Source: Polyangia bacterium (GTDB lineage Bacteria; Myxococcota_A; Polyangia; Fen-1088). From it: 37,606 bases of DNA. The notes under the pieces are model-generated. The model saw only the letters and a program-made list of their open reading frames with translations, was not told the origin of the DNA and made no database searches. The number at the start of each line of letters is the position of its first letter. Within the stretch, counting starts at the first letter, position 1. Location of the stretch: NCBI GenBank assembly GCA_039916065.1, contig JBDSME010000652.1, positions 1 to 37,606 on the forward strand, read 5' to 3'. The position numbers and the translations under genes were made by a program. Below are positions 1 to 11,013 of the stretch, piece by piece.

Positions 1-1481
1 ACTGTTCCGAACGCCGCCGCCTCGGAGGCGACAGGCATGGCGGCGCAGTCGGAGAGGCGGGTCAGGGTCACCCGGAACTTCAAGGGCGTCCCAACAAAAT
101 CGTCCAGATTGAGGACGCGAGCCCACAGCACCCCCGCTCCCGAGGCCGTGAAGGTCACCCGGGCAGGTGCGAGAGGCTGGCTGGTGAGCACGCACCGTTC
201 CCCCGTTCCATCCAGCCGCTTCACGTAGAGGTCGCTGAAACTGATATCAGAGGCCTTCGCGTACGCGACGTGTGTCCGGGCCCCGGCGGCATAAATGCCC
301 AGCACCCCGGTGTCCAGGGTGGTGACGTTGCCGGGCGCGGTGGCGGGATCTGGGATGGCCTGCAACGTCCCCCGAGAGCCGGAAACTCGGGTCTGCGCGA
401 CGATCGCGCCACTCGCCGTGACCAAGAAGTTACCGACCTCAGGCAACAGGGTGGTGGCGGCGGCGCCCGCGGGAAACGGAGTCACCTGCAAGGTTCCAGA
501 TGGTTTTCCCGTGGTGTCGTAGTTGTACTGGCTGAGCCAGTACAGGCGCGTTCCATCGGACGAGAAGCGCCACCGGGAGACGTCGCTGGCAACGGTCATG
601 CGAGTAGCGGGATCGCCCACCTTCTGGGTCTTCAAGATCTCGGGGCCCCGGCTGACCGACCGGCTGGACCAGAGCACATCGCTGCCGTCCAATCCAAAAC
701 CCATCCGCAAGCCCACCTGCGCGGCGGTCCCCGTGGAATCGGCCGAGATCACCACGTCGAGCACGGTCAGCGGCGGCGCGGCGGTTCCCCCCAGGCTCCC
801 CACCAGGAGCTCGCTTCTGGTGACGCCGGTGCCGGACGGATCATCGAGATCGCGGAGGCACAGCACGCTGGTGCCCTTCTGGCTGGGCAGACAGTCGTGG
901 AGCACTCCCTGGGCGAGCTGGCGTCCGTCGAGCATCCCCGGGCGCCAGCCGTAGGCGGTGCCCGTCTCGTCGAAATAAACCAGGGTATCGCCCTGAAATC
1001 CGGCGGCGTGGGGGGCGGGCGTGGAGGACTCCTCGAAGAACCCGCCCGTCAACCGCAGGCAGTTGGGGTCGACCACGCCGCCGCCACACGAGATGGCCGC
1101 ACCAGCCGCGGCGCGGGAGGCGTTCACCACGAACAGATCCACCCCTTCGGGCCTGCTCGTGGAAGGGCTGGTGAACGCACACCAGCGATCGCCCGTTGCC
1201 CCACTGTCGGCGGTGCATGGCACGCCAGTGGCCGGAAAGGCGGCCTGCCCGCGGAACAGCAACACGGTGCCGCTCCCGGCGAGCGGCGGCGGCTTCATCG
1301 CGTCGTCGTCGCCGTCGGCGCCCGCATCACGACGCGCGGGGTGGGGGGGACTGGCGTCTAATGCAACCGGGTCGGCGTAGGCCTCGCTGTGTGCGCCCCG
1401 CGAATAGCATCCCGCGACGAACAAGGCCGTCCCGGTCCAGAGCATCAGAGCCCAGGGCATCGCGACGAATGTTCGCTTCAT
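1..1481 (-). CDS. Lipoprotein, probable beta-propeller (TolB-like repeats); 3' end runs off the window start
   Basis: Not in the ORF track because no stop lies inside the window. My translation from ATG 1481 (alternative in-frame ATG 1496): MKRTFVAMPWALMLWTGTALFVAGC (lipobox VAGC), a DAG-rich linker, then beta-rich sequence with WRFSSDGTRLYW and DLYVKRLDG motifs. Confidence 0.8.
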   Translation of the reverse strand, partial: MKRTFVAMPWALMLWTGTALFVAGCYSRGAHSEAYADPVALDASPPHPARRDAGADGDDDAMKPPPLAGSGTVLLFRGQAAFPATGVPCTADSGATGDRWCAFTSPSTSRPEGVDLFVVNASRAAAGAAISCGGGVVDPNCLRLTGGFFEESSTPAPHAAGFQGDTLVYFDETGTAYGWRPGMLDGRQLAQGVLHDCLPSQKGTSVLCLRDLDDPSGTGVTRSELLVGSLGGTAAPPLTVLDVVISADSTGTAAQVGLRMGFGLDGSDVLWSSRSVSRGPEILKTQKVGDPATRMTVASDVSRWRFSSDGTRLYWLSQYNYDTTGKPSGTLQVTPFPAGAAATTLLPEVGNFLVTASGAIVAQTRVSGSRGTLQAIPDPATAPGNVTTLDTGVLGIYAAGARTHVAYAKASDISFSDLYVKRLDGTGERCVLTSQPLAPARVTFTASGAGVLWARVLNLDDFVGTPLKFRVTLTRLSDCAAMPVASEAAAFGT

Positions 1482-1537
1482 GGGGGGGCGCCTCATCGGG
1501 CAAGATTGGACTGGAGCGGCGAGGCGCCGCAAGACCT

Positions 1538-1555
1538 GCCCGCCGGATGGCGGGC
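1538..1555 (-). terminator. Possible weak terminator hairpin downstream of ssb
   Basis: GCCCGCC-N4-GGCGGGC stem 11 nt after the ssb stop; only a poor U-tract follows. Confidence 0.3.
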
Positions 1556-1566
1556 GTTCGGGCTGC

Positions 1567-2037
1567 TCAGAAAGGAATATCGTCGTCGGACGGCGGCAAT
1601 CCGCCCGTATCGGGTTCCTCGGAGGGCGGAGAATCGCCGAATCCCCGGCCGCCGCCGCCGCCTTCGGAGCCGCCGCGCCGCGCGCCTCCGCCTTCACCAC
1701 CCGCGCCCCCGCCACTGCCCAGGAAGACCACCCGGTCGGCCACCACATCCGTCGCATAATGCTTCTGGCCATCTTTGTCGTACGACCGCGTCTGCAGCCG
1801 TCCCTCGATGTAGACGGAGCGCCCCTTCGCCAGATACTTGGAGCAGTTCGTGGCCGAATCACCCCACACCGTCACCCGGTGCCATTCGGTCTTTTCCTGC
1901 CGCTGCCCACCTTTGTCCTTGTAGACCTCGGTGGTGGCGATGCGCAGGTTGCACAACGCCCGGTTGGTCGGGGTGTACTTCAGCTCGGGGTCCGCGCCCA
2001 GGTTCCCCACCAGAATGACTTTGTTCACGCTTCCCAT
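1567..2037 (-). CDS. ssb: Single-stranded DNA-binding protein
   Basis: [42 protein letters not shown], Gly-rich tail and C-terminal DDDIPF; AAGGAG ribosome-binding site upstream. Confidence 0.98.
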   Translation of the reverse strand: MGSVNKVILVGNLGADPELKYTPTNRALCNLRIATTEVYKDKGGQRQEKTEWHRVTVWGDSATNCSKYLAKGRSVYIEGRLQTRSYDKDGQKHYATDVVADRVVFLGSGGGAGGEGGGARRGGSEGGGGGRGFGDSPPSEEPDTGGLPPSDDDIPF

Positions 2038-2257
2038 GTCTGTCTCTCCTTCAACCTTTTACCATGTGTGGGCCAGGAAGATGATGTGTGCCGCGAAATG
2101 CCTCGTTCCCCAGCATCGGGTCTTGGCGTCAAGTGGTTTCGTGCCCTCGCCGCGGCCAGGCGTGAGACAAACACCGCCTCCCGCGATGACCTGGCCCATC
2201 GGGCGCCACCTCCCTGCGGGGCCGAACCCTCGGGGTCAGGCTCAGGTTGAAGTCAAG

Positions 2258-3559
2258 TCACGGGAGTTCGCCGAGCGCGATGCCCGTCAGGTTCCCTGCC
2301 TTGGGAATCAGAGGCTCGTTGCCGGTGCCATCCAGGTTCACGCGTCCGAGATCGCCGTTGGCGCCAGAGGTGTAGTAGGCCTTCTTGCGCGGCAGATCCA
2401 GGGTCACGCCTATGGCCTCTCGCACACCCCTGACCAGAATCTGACGGTCACGACGGGTCGCCGCCGTGAACCCGGTTGGTATGGCGATGGGGGCACGATT
2501 GACCGTGTCGTCCCCGCGATCGGTCCAGTAGATGTCCCCGGCCGTGACATCAACATCTATGTCAATCGGCTCCGGAAGTCCCTGGTAGATGATCTGGATA
2601 TCCGTCCGCGTGGCCGCCGTCTGGCCAGCGGGAATGGCCAGGGGCGCCCGGCGCAGGGAGCCAACTCCGTTGCCGGTTCCCTTCTGTGACCAGTAGATCC
2701 AGCCACCGGCGATATCCAGCCCCACGCCGACACACCAGTTCGTGGCGTCCATGCGGGCCTTGTCACCCGTAGCGACGATGATCAGGGATTCCACGTTCGA
2801 ACCGTCGAGGTTGGCACGCTGCACGCGCATGCCTTCGCGATCCGACCAGTACAGTTTGCCACCGGCACGATCGAGCTTGAGCTGCTTGGGCGTGTACGTG
2901 CCCCCGGGCGGCACCACCGTCTTCACATTGGTGCCGTCTAGATCCGATCGCATGATGAAGCCGTCGTCGGCGGCTGGGGCCCCCATCCCGGTCCAGTACA
3001 CGTGTCCGCCCGCCATGTCGACGGCGACGCCGTCGGGTCCTTGGCCGGCGGAAGCCACCAGCACGCGTGGCTTCGGGTTCTGAACGTTCGACGTCATCAC
3101 GCGGCCCGCGGTGATGTCGAGATAGAACATTGCGAGCTTCGCGGGATCACCGGGCGGTGACGTCCCGTCTAACGGCACGTCGGTCCGCGCGTCAGCGGGT
3201 GCACCCCCGTCACCCATATCGACGGTCGCATCGTTCCGGGCCCCGGCGGATGTGTCGGACGTTGCGTCGAACGTAGGGTCGGGCCCAACGTCGGGTGTGG
3301 TGTCGGCGGCCGCGTCGTCTCGGCTCCCTCCGACATCCGCATCGGCCCTTGCTCCGCCGCCTGCATCGACTGTTGCGGTGCCTGCCGCGCCCCCACCGTT
3401 GCCATCCATCGTGACAGACGGTCCGTCCGCCATGAACCCCGTTCCACCCGAGGCGGCCACGCCATCCGCATGCGCGTCGAGGGATCGATCTGGCACCGGT
3501 GCGCGGGTACAAGCGATGATCAAAAACGACATCCCGATCAAGGCCGCGCGCAAGTCCAA
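2258..3559 (-). CDS. Lipoprotein with YWTD / LDL-receptor class B-type beta-propeller
   Basis: Repeats GHVYWTG, GKLYWSD, GWIYWSQ, GDIYWTD with RSDLDG / RANLDGS / RVNLDGT. Start taken as TTG 3559 after GGAGG, giving LDLRAALIGMSFLIIAC (lipobox) and an Asp/Gly-rich stalk. Confidence 0.85.
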   Translation of the reverse strand: MDLRAALIGMSFLIIACTRAPVPDRSLDAHADGVAASGGTGFMADGPSVTMDGNGGGAAGTATVDAGGGARADADVGGSRDDAAADTTPDVGPDPTFDATSDTSAGARNDATVDMGDGGAPADARTDVPLDGTSPPGDPAKLAMFYLDITAGRVMTSNVQNPKPRVLVASAGQGPDGVAVDMAGGHVYWTGMGAPAADDGFIMRSDLDGTNVKTVVPPGGTYTPKQLKLDRAGGKLYWSDREGMRVQRANLDGSNVESLIIVATGDKARMDATNWCVGVGLDIAGGWIYWSQKGTGNGVGSLRRAPLAIPAGQTAATRTDIQIIYQGLPEPIDIDVDVTAGDIYWTDRGDDTVNRAPIAIPTGFTAATRRDRQILVRGVREAIGVTLDLPRKKAYYTSGANGDLGRVNLDGTGNEPLIPKAGNLTGIALGELP

Positions 3560-3583
3560 GGCTGCCTCCCATCCACGCTGTTC

Positions 3584-3608
3584 AACGCTGTCCAACAGTT
3601 GAGGTTCC
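3584..3608 (-). promoter_or_regulatory. Putative ECF sigma-factor promoter GGAAC-N16-CGTT
   Basis: Minus strand reads GGAAC ctcaactgttggacag CGTT, about 25 nt upstream of the YWTD lipoprotein start; matches the general ECF AAC/CGT promoter consensus. Confidence 0.5.
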
Positions 3609-3718
3609 GCGTTGTCGCGAGTCAGAACTCCGGCCGACCTGGCTAACGCTCGATCAGCAGTCTGGAGCTTACCCCGGCCCCCCGTCAAAAGCGCGGCTGC
3701 GTCACTGGCCGCCCCCCC

Positions 3719-5801
<2,083 letters not shown>

Positions 5802-5812
<11 letters not shown>

Positions 5813-6779
5813 ACGATTCGTAGGCCCCGCCTTGCTTGTTCAGATGCGCCTTCCGCCCGATGCCTTCCGCGGACAACGCGATGTTCGCGCCCGCCGGGGA
5901 GACGTCGACCCGCTGGGTGGCCGGCTTTATGCCAGGGCCCCACAACACCAGCCGATGTCCACCCACGGGCACGCCCGGCAACTGAAACGTTCCGTCAGGG
6001 CGCACGCGCGCCCAGTATCCGTTTGGCACCACCAGGATGTCGGCGCGCATCCTCGAATGAATGTTGCAGAAGACTTCGACATGGCCTGGTTTCAGCAACA
6101 CCACCGGGCTGGGACGGTCGCCCGACTTCAGCGTTCCCAGGTCGAACGCATCGCCCGGGGTCCGAGAGAACACGTTGTGGAAAACCTTATCTTCATTGGG
6201 GAACAGCACGCGTGTCCCCACCTGCACCACGGAGACCGCGGGCACGAACTGCCGGCCCTGCTGCTTGATCTCCACCGTCGCTGACCGCGACGACACAATC
6301 TTTGGTCCGTCCAGATAGACGTACAGGTCCGTCAACGGGCCGCCGTTCGACCGCACCGTTCCCGAGATGAGCGCTCGAGTGCCGGCGGCGGGGGGAGGCG
6401 CCGTCGCCGCTCCCTGCCCTGGGTTCACCGACGACGCCGACGCCGCGGGGGCCAGCGAGGCGGAGGGCGCACCTGCCCCGGGATCCGGCGCGCCGCCGCC
6501 GAGCTGCAGGTATTTCAGAAGCGCGTCATGCATTTGCATCAACTGGAGGATGAGCTGCTTCTGCTCGCGAACCTCCTGTTGCAGGCGTGCCATCTCTCCC
6601 TCGATACGGACAAGATCAACCGCCGACGGGGGATGTTGCCCTCCCTGTGATGGCGCCGGGGCGGCAGAGGCGACCGTCGCGCCAAGACCGACCATAAGAC
6701 CGACCATAAGACCGACCATAAGACCGACCATCAGCGTCGCGACTAAACCGATGCTCTTCGCCCTGGAAAAATGGCCCAT
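5802..6779 (-). CDS. Secreted cupredoxin-domain protein with carboxypeptidase-regulatory-like beta-sandwich and N-terminal coiled coil
   Basis: Signal peptide (ASA-AP); coiled coil RIEGEMARLQQEVREQKQLILQL; QFVPAVSVVQVGTRVLFPNEDKVFHNVFS ... FCNIHSRM (His, Cys, His, Met ligands); DGTFQLPGVPVG. Confidence 0.85.
6684..6731. repeat. Perfect 12-bp tandem repeat x4 (AAGACCGACCAT), encoding MVGL x4 in the signal peptide
   Basis: Read directly at 6684, 6696, 6708 and 6720. Confidence 0.95.
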
Positions 6780-6789
6780 GATGCCCCTA

Positions 6790-8193
6790 TCAATAACTCA
6801 AGACCAGGCTGCTGGTGAACACGTCGTTGCGAACCTGCGGAACGTCGCCGTACTCGCCGTTTCGCAGGTACTCGGCCTTCACGGCGGCCCAGCGGGTCAT
6901 CACGCACCGCACGCCTCCGGTGGCACGCCAGGATTTGGTCAGGTAAGCCCGATCAAGATCCAGCGCCACGAACGCGTCGCGGTACTCCACGCGGCCCAGC
7001 ACCCCCCAGGAGGACGTCACCATGGCGTCGACCTCCAGGTACCCGCCACCATGCAAGTCCAGTTGATAAACCTGCTGGGTGGGATCGCCTGGTGCTCGCC
7101 CTTTCAGCCATTGGGCCTTGATGACCACGGGCCCCACCTCGGCCAGCAGGTCCGGACCGAAGAACCACATGGCGTGCGCGTTGCTGGCGGTTCGATCCTG
7201 GGCCCCATAGCTGCCGGAAAAGCCCAGTTCAACTTGCGCCTGCATCGGCAGGGGGAGGCGCACGGAAAGCCTGCCGCTCCCCGTCTTGGCGGCGTTGCTG
7301 TCGAGCTCGTCGTAGAAATGAAACTGTTCGGTGGTGTTCGAGCCGTTGGTCAGCGCGGCGGCGATGATCAGCCAATCATCCTCACCAAACTTGCTGCGCA
7401 CCTTCAGTCCCAGCGCCGTACCGGTGGTGTAGCGCGCTATCAGTGATGGGGTGACACCGAATCGATGGTTCGACTTTCGGTCGCGGTACTCGATACCCAA
7501 GACCGAGTCCACCTTGCCCACGAAGATGGACGTGCGCTGCGATTCGGTGGGAAGCCACTCGAGCTGCGCCACATCGACGTCGAGAAAGTCCCCCAGCGCG
7601 AAGTCGTTTCCGGTTCGGGGGACCAGATTCACGCTGGCGGACAGGATGGCGGTCGGCGCCGGCCGGGCGCTGAGGCGGAGGTTTACCTCGTTGAGCACAA
7701 AGCCCGGAGCGCCGCGTGAATTGATGCTGTCGAATCGGTTGACGCCCGGCGCGTTGCCGAGGTCGGCGGCTTCGCCACGCGTGTTGATGGCCGGCGCCAG
7801 GATATCGCCCAGGAATACCCAATTGTAGGAGTTGTACGGGGCGCGATTCAGCTTCTCATGCCCGACGTCCTGGACGTAGCCGGAGCCGTTCCCCTGTGGG
7901 ACGAACAATCCGAAATCGATGTATCCGTTCCAGTCCACCAGGGGGTGATGGCCGACCGCCAGCGCCTCGTTTTGCCGAATCTGTTCCTCGAGGAGGGATG
8001 GGAACGGTGAGCTGTCGAGCGCGGCAAGAGGTGGCGGGGCCAGTTCAAGAGTGGGCGGGCTCGACGCCGGCGGTGCCGAGCTTTCCGTCGCCACCGTGTC
8101 GGCCTGGGCGCGGGCGGGCAAAGGTGGTCCCACCATCACCGCGCCCGCGCACAACAAGGCAACGGTCAGGCACCGCCTGGAAGCAACGCGCAT
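6790..8193 (-). CDS. Putative outer-membrane beta-barrel (porin-like) protein
   Basis: Start ATG 8193 (MRVASRRCLTVALLCAGAVMVGPPLPARA-Q signal peptide); amphipathic strands (WNGYIDFGLF, VLNEVNLRLSA, VELGFSGSYG, WGVLGRVEYRD, AVKAEYLRN); C-terminal aromatic strand FTSSLVLSY. Confidence 0.75.
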   Translation of the reverse strand: MRVASRRCLTVALLCAGAVMVGPPLPARAQADTVATESSAPPASSPPTLELAPPPLAALDSSPFPSLLEEQIRQNEALAVGHHPLVDWNGYIDFGLFVPQGNGSGYVQDVGHEKLNRAPYNSYNWVFLGDILAPAINTRGEAADLGNAPGVNRFDSINSRGAPGFVLNEVNLRLSARPAPTAILSASVNLVPRTGNDFALGDFLDVDVAQLEWLPTESQRTSIFVGKVDSVLGIEYRDRKSNHRFGVTPSLIARYTTGTALGLKVRSKFGEDDWLIIAAALTNGSNTTEQFHFYDELDSNAAKTGSGRLSVRLPLPMQAQVELGFSGSYGAQDRTASNAHAMWFFGPDLLAEVGPVVIKAQWLKGRAPGDPTQQVYQLDLHGGGYLEVDAMVTSSWGVLGRVEYRDAFVALDLDRAYLTKSWRATGGVRCVMTRWAAVKAEYLRNGEYGDVPQVRNDVFTSSLVLSY

Positions 8194-8216
8194 CGCGGGA
8201 CGGTCTCCTGAAATTC

Positions 8217-9788
8217 TCACTGCGCCCTCTGCGCGCCAGGCTGCCCAGGAGGGGCGGCGAGCAAGGGGACTTGCGGGCTCGTACCCGTCAAACTGGACAG
8301 GAAGGCGACCAGATCTTCCCGTTCGTCCGCTGACAATCTCAGGCCGCCGATGCTGCCCGGGCTGGTCCCGGCGGCGGCTGCAATGCCGTCGGCCTGGTCG
8401 TAGTGCCATATCACGTCGGACAGCGTGGCAAGGATGCCGTCATGCATGTACGGCCCGGTCATGGCCACGTCGCGCAGGCTGGGCGTCCGCCAGGCCCCCT
8501 TCAGTTGTTCGTCCGCCATCGGCCCCGGCGTCTGCGACAGGCGCGCGACCGTGTCGTCGCTGTACTTCGACCGTTTGCCAAATTCCTGGGTGGCCAGCTT
8601 CTCCATGCCGTTGTACGCGCCCCAGGGCAGGCAGGTCTTTCCCGACACGCAATCACACTTCGGAGCCGATGGAAGGTCCGAGCAGTCGGCGACGGTGGGG
8701 ACCCCGGCGCCACTCTGGCCGATCCCGATGTCGTGGAACTTGCCATCGGATAGCAGCGGCGTGTTGTGGCAATCGATGCACGACGCCTTGCCGATGAACA
8801 GCTTCAGCCCACGCTGTGCCGCCGGCGGCAGCGCCATGGATTGCGGCCCTTCATCGACGAACCGGTCAAAGGGCGAATGGTCGCTGGACAGCAGCCATTC
8901 GTAGGCCGCGATCGCCTTGGCCGCGTTCACATGCACGACCGTGACGGTGCGCTGCTCCGCCGGCGACAGCTCCGCGAACTGCTTGCGATAGTCGTCGGTG
9001 GTCGCGGTGGCTTCGGGCGGGGCCTGCAGCGTGGCGGCCAGGGAAGCCCAGGTTGGAGGTGCGGCGGGTGCCGGATCCGCCGCCGGTTCTTTCGGGGGCT
9101 CTTCGGGGGGCGCCTCGGGAAACATCGCGTAGGCATCACGATAGTGGTTCACGATCACCCAGAACGTCTTCATGCGATGGCCATTCATCGAGACCGGACT
9201 CTCCATCACCTGCGCGGCTTGCGCCCAGAGCGTGTCCGCACGGCCATTCCAGTACAGCAGCGGGAAGCGGGCCACATTCAGGGTCTGCTGGCCATTGACG
9301 TCGTACCAACCAGCACCAATGGAAACCGTCCGGGGTACCGAGGTGAAGTCGCCTCCATAGCGCGCAGGATCATGGCAACTGGAGCACGACAGCTTGGTGG
9401 GCTCGCCGACCGGTGCGCGCGCCCATGGCGTGTGGCGCCCCAGGGTATCGGTCAAGGTGGCGGAGCCCGAGAGCAGCGGCTCGAAATACAGGCGACGGCC
9501 CAGCGCCACGACGGGGTCGACGCCAGGATCAGGCTTCAACGCCCCGGTGTTCCAGTCGGCGATGGGGAGGTACCGGTTCGAGAGGTCGGGAGGCACGGGA
9601 GTGCCGCAAGGTGCGCCCGCGCTTCGCTGTTCGTCCGAGCAGATGAAAGCCAGGCCGCGGATGCGCGTCCACTCGTCGCTTGTCCAGCCACAGCCCTGGT
9701 CCCCACAGGCCAGATCATCCGCCCATTTGCCGCAACCCGCGAGTACGGCCAGCGCAGCGACCGTTGCCACCACCCCTCTGCTCATCAC
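8217..9788 (-). CDS. Di-heme cytochrome c peroxidase superfamily lipoprotein, MauG/MbnH-like
   Basis: Lipobox LAGC; LGRRLYFEPLLS, CSSCHDP, LYWNGRADTLWAQA, RGLKLFIGKASCIDCH, WRTPSLRDVAMTGPYMHDG, DLVAFLSSL. Start GTG 9788 or ATG 9785. Confidence 0.92.
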   Translation of the reverse strand: MMSRGVVATVAALAVLAGCGKWADDLACGDQGCGWTSDEWTRIRGLAFICSDEQRSAGAPCGTPVPPDLSNRYLPIADWNTGALKPDPGVDPVVALGRRLYFEPLLSGSATLTDTLGRHTPWARAPVGEPTKLSCSSCHDPARYGGDFTSVPRTVSIGAGWYDVNGQQTLNVARFPLLYWNGRADTLWAQAAQVMESPVSMNGHRMKTFWVIVNHYRDAYAMFPEAPPEEPPKEPAADPAPAAPPTWASLAATLQAPPEATATTDDYRKQFAELSPAEQRTVTVVHVNAAKAIAAYEWLLSSDHSPFDRFVDEGPQSMALPPAAQRGLKLFIGKASCIDCHNTPLLSDGKFHDIGIGQSGAGVPTVADCSDLPSAPKCDCVSGKTCLPWGAYNGMEKLATQEFGKRSKYSDDTVARLSQTPGPMADEQLKGAWRTPSLRDVAMTGPYMHDGILATLSDVIWHYDQADGIAAAAGTSPGSIGGLRLSADEREDLVAFLSSLTGTSPQVPLLAAPPGQPGAQRAQ

Positions 9789-10005
9789 GATGGCACTGTA
9801 CTGGACTCGACGGCTGATGTGAATCGCGCACGGGCCGGCGTTGCTTGGCACCGCTGAGGTCCGGTCCTGACGCGCTCGACTGAACAAACCGACACTTATT
9901 ACAGAAGGTCCTCAACAATCTGAAGTGACGCCGGGCCGCGTCGCGCGGAAAGCCGCGACACCCAGGGAATGACGGCGCGGCTGGGTTCTTGCATAATTAA
10001 ATTCC

Positions 10006-10752
10006 ATGCTTACCAGCGTCCAGCGCCGAACGTTGCTTCTCCTGTCTCTGCCGCTCCTGGTGGCGTCCATTGGCACCGGGTGCGGCGGCGGCGCTGCGAA
10101 ATCGTTCGGTGACGACACGCCGGGCACCGGTGGAAAGGGAGCAGGGGGGGCGGCCGGGAGCGGCCAATCTGGCGGGAGCGGCGGAGTCGGGCTGGGTGGA
10201 AGTGGTGGGATCGGCCAGAGCGGAACCGGGGGCCAGGGCGGTGCCCGTGATGGAGAAACCGGTGGCGGCTCGGGAGGGCAGCTTGCTGGCAGCGGAGGTG
10301 GCGGCGGGGCGAACGCGGGGGGTTCGGGGGGACGCGTAACCGGCAGCGGAGGACGCGCTGGCAACGGCGGCGGAACGCGCGACGGTGGAACCTCCGACGG
10401 CGCGACCGTCGACGGCGGAGCGCGCGGCTACTGTGACCAGGACAAGGACTGCGTGTTTCGCGCCAACGATAGCTTCTGTGGGGCATGTCTTGCGGTGGAC
10501 GACACACCGGTCCAGCAATTCTGCCCAGGTATCCTGTGCGTACGACCGCCGGGCGGCTGCTCTTGCAAGAACCACATGTGCGAGCGTGGAGCACTGTTGC
10601 AGGGAGACACCTGCCAGTTGCAGCAGGACGCATGCGGCAACGGCCTCAAGTGCTGTCGCCTGTGTGGCACGCCAGACTGCATGGCGACGCCGAGGTGCAC
10701 GCAAAGTACGTCACTGGGCAACGGCTGCCCGCTGGTGCCCTCGTCGCCGTAA
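10006..10752 (+). CDS. Lipoprotein with Gly-rich stalk and Cys-rich C-terminal domain
   Basis: Signal peptide ending ASIGTGC, ~110 aa Gly/Ser/Thr linker, then ~105 aa with 17 Cys. Confidence 0.8.
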   Translation: MLTSVQRRTLLLLSLPLLVASIGTGCGGGAAKSFGDDTPGTGGKGAGGAAGSGQSGGSGGVGLGGSGGIGQSGTGGQGGARDGETGGGSGGQLAGSGGGGGANAGGSGGRVTGSGGRAGNGGGTRDGGTSDGATVDGGARGYCDQDKDCVFRANDSFCGACLAVDDTPVQQFCPGILCVRPPGGCSCKNHMCERGALLQGDTCQLQQDACGNGLKCCRLCGTPDCMATPRCTQSTSLGNGCPLVPSSP

Positions 10753-10765
10753 GAACGCGCGCGCT

Positions 10766-10984
10766 CTCGACTCCACGCGCGTACTGCACCGCCACGTTAG
10801 TCGAATAAACGCCCGTGGTCTGGTCCGCAGCCACGCCGAAGTACTTCGTGGCTTGCTTGCGCGGCTGGCGATCCTGGAACTTTCAACGACCGTTCTCGAT
10901 CGCGCCGTTCAAGTGTTCGCGAAACCGGTTCGGACTCTGGAGGCGCTCCACCTGGCCTCCGCGGATTTCCTGCGCCGCCGGAGG
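10766..10984 (+). pseudogene. Relic of a PIN-domain (VapC-like) toxin gene
   Basis: Frame reads SRINARGLVRSHAEVLRGLLARLAILELSTTVLDRAVQVFAKPVRTLEALHLASADFL, resembling the VapC RTLDALHLASA region. No start codon, no N-terminal DTS motif, no C-terminal T-x-D motif. Confidence 0.6.
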
Positions 10985-11013
10985 CCGGACCGACCGGCCG
11001 ACGGCCCCCTTGC

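Noticed and set aside
270-1361. 363 aa plus-strand ORF and similar long ORFs (4766-6268, 8766-9857, 17989-19410, 29667-30716, 31707-32705, 35454-36410)
   Set aside because: Antisense shadows of well-supported genes in high-GC DNA; no motifs and atypical composition.
1567-2037. ssb as a marker of a prophage or plasmid
   Set aside because: Typical chromosomal SSB with a DDDIPF tail; no integrase, phage or conjugation genes in the window.
8217-9788. Calling the cluster a methylamine utilisation (mau) or methanobactin (mbn) operon
   Set aside because: No mauA/B/D/E, mbnA/B/C, mbnP or TonB-dependent receptor in the window; only the enzyme superfamily is shared.
9869-9896. Possible myxobacterial LexA box (GTTCAG half-site on the minus strand)
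   Set aside because: Only one half matches; the other half-site is absent.
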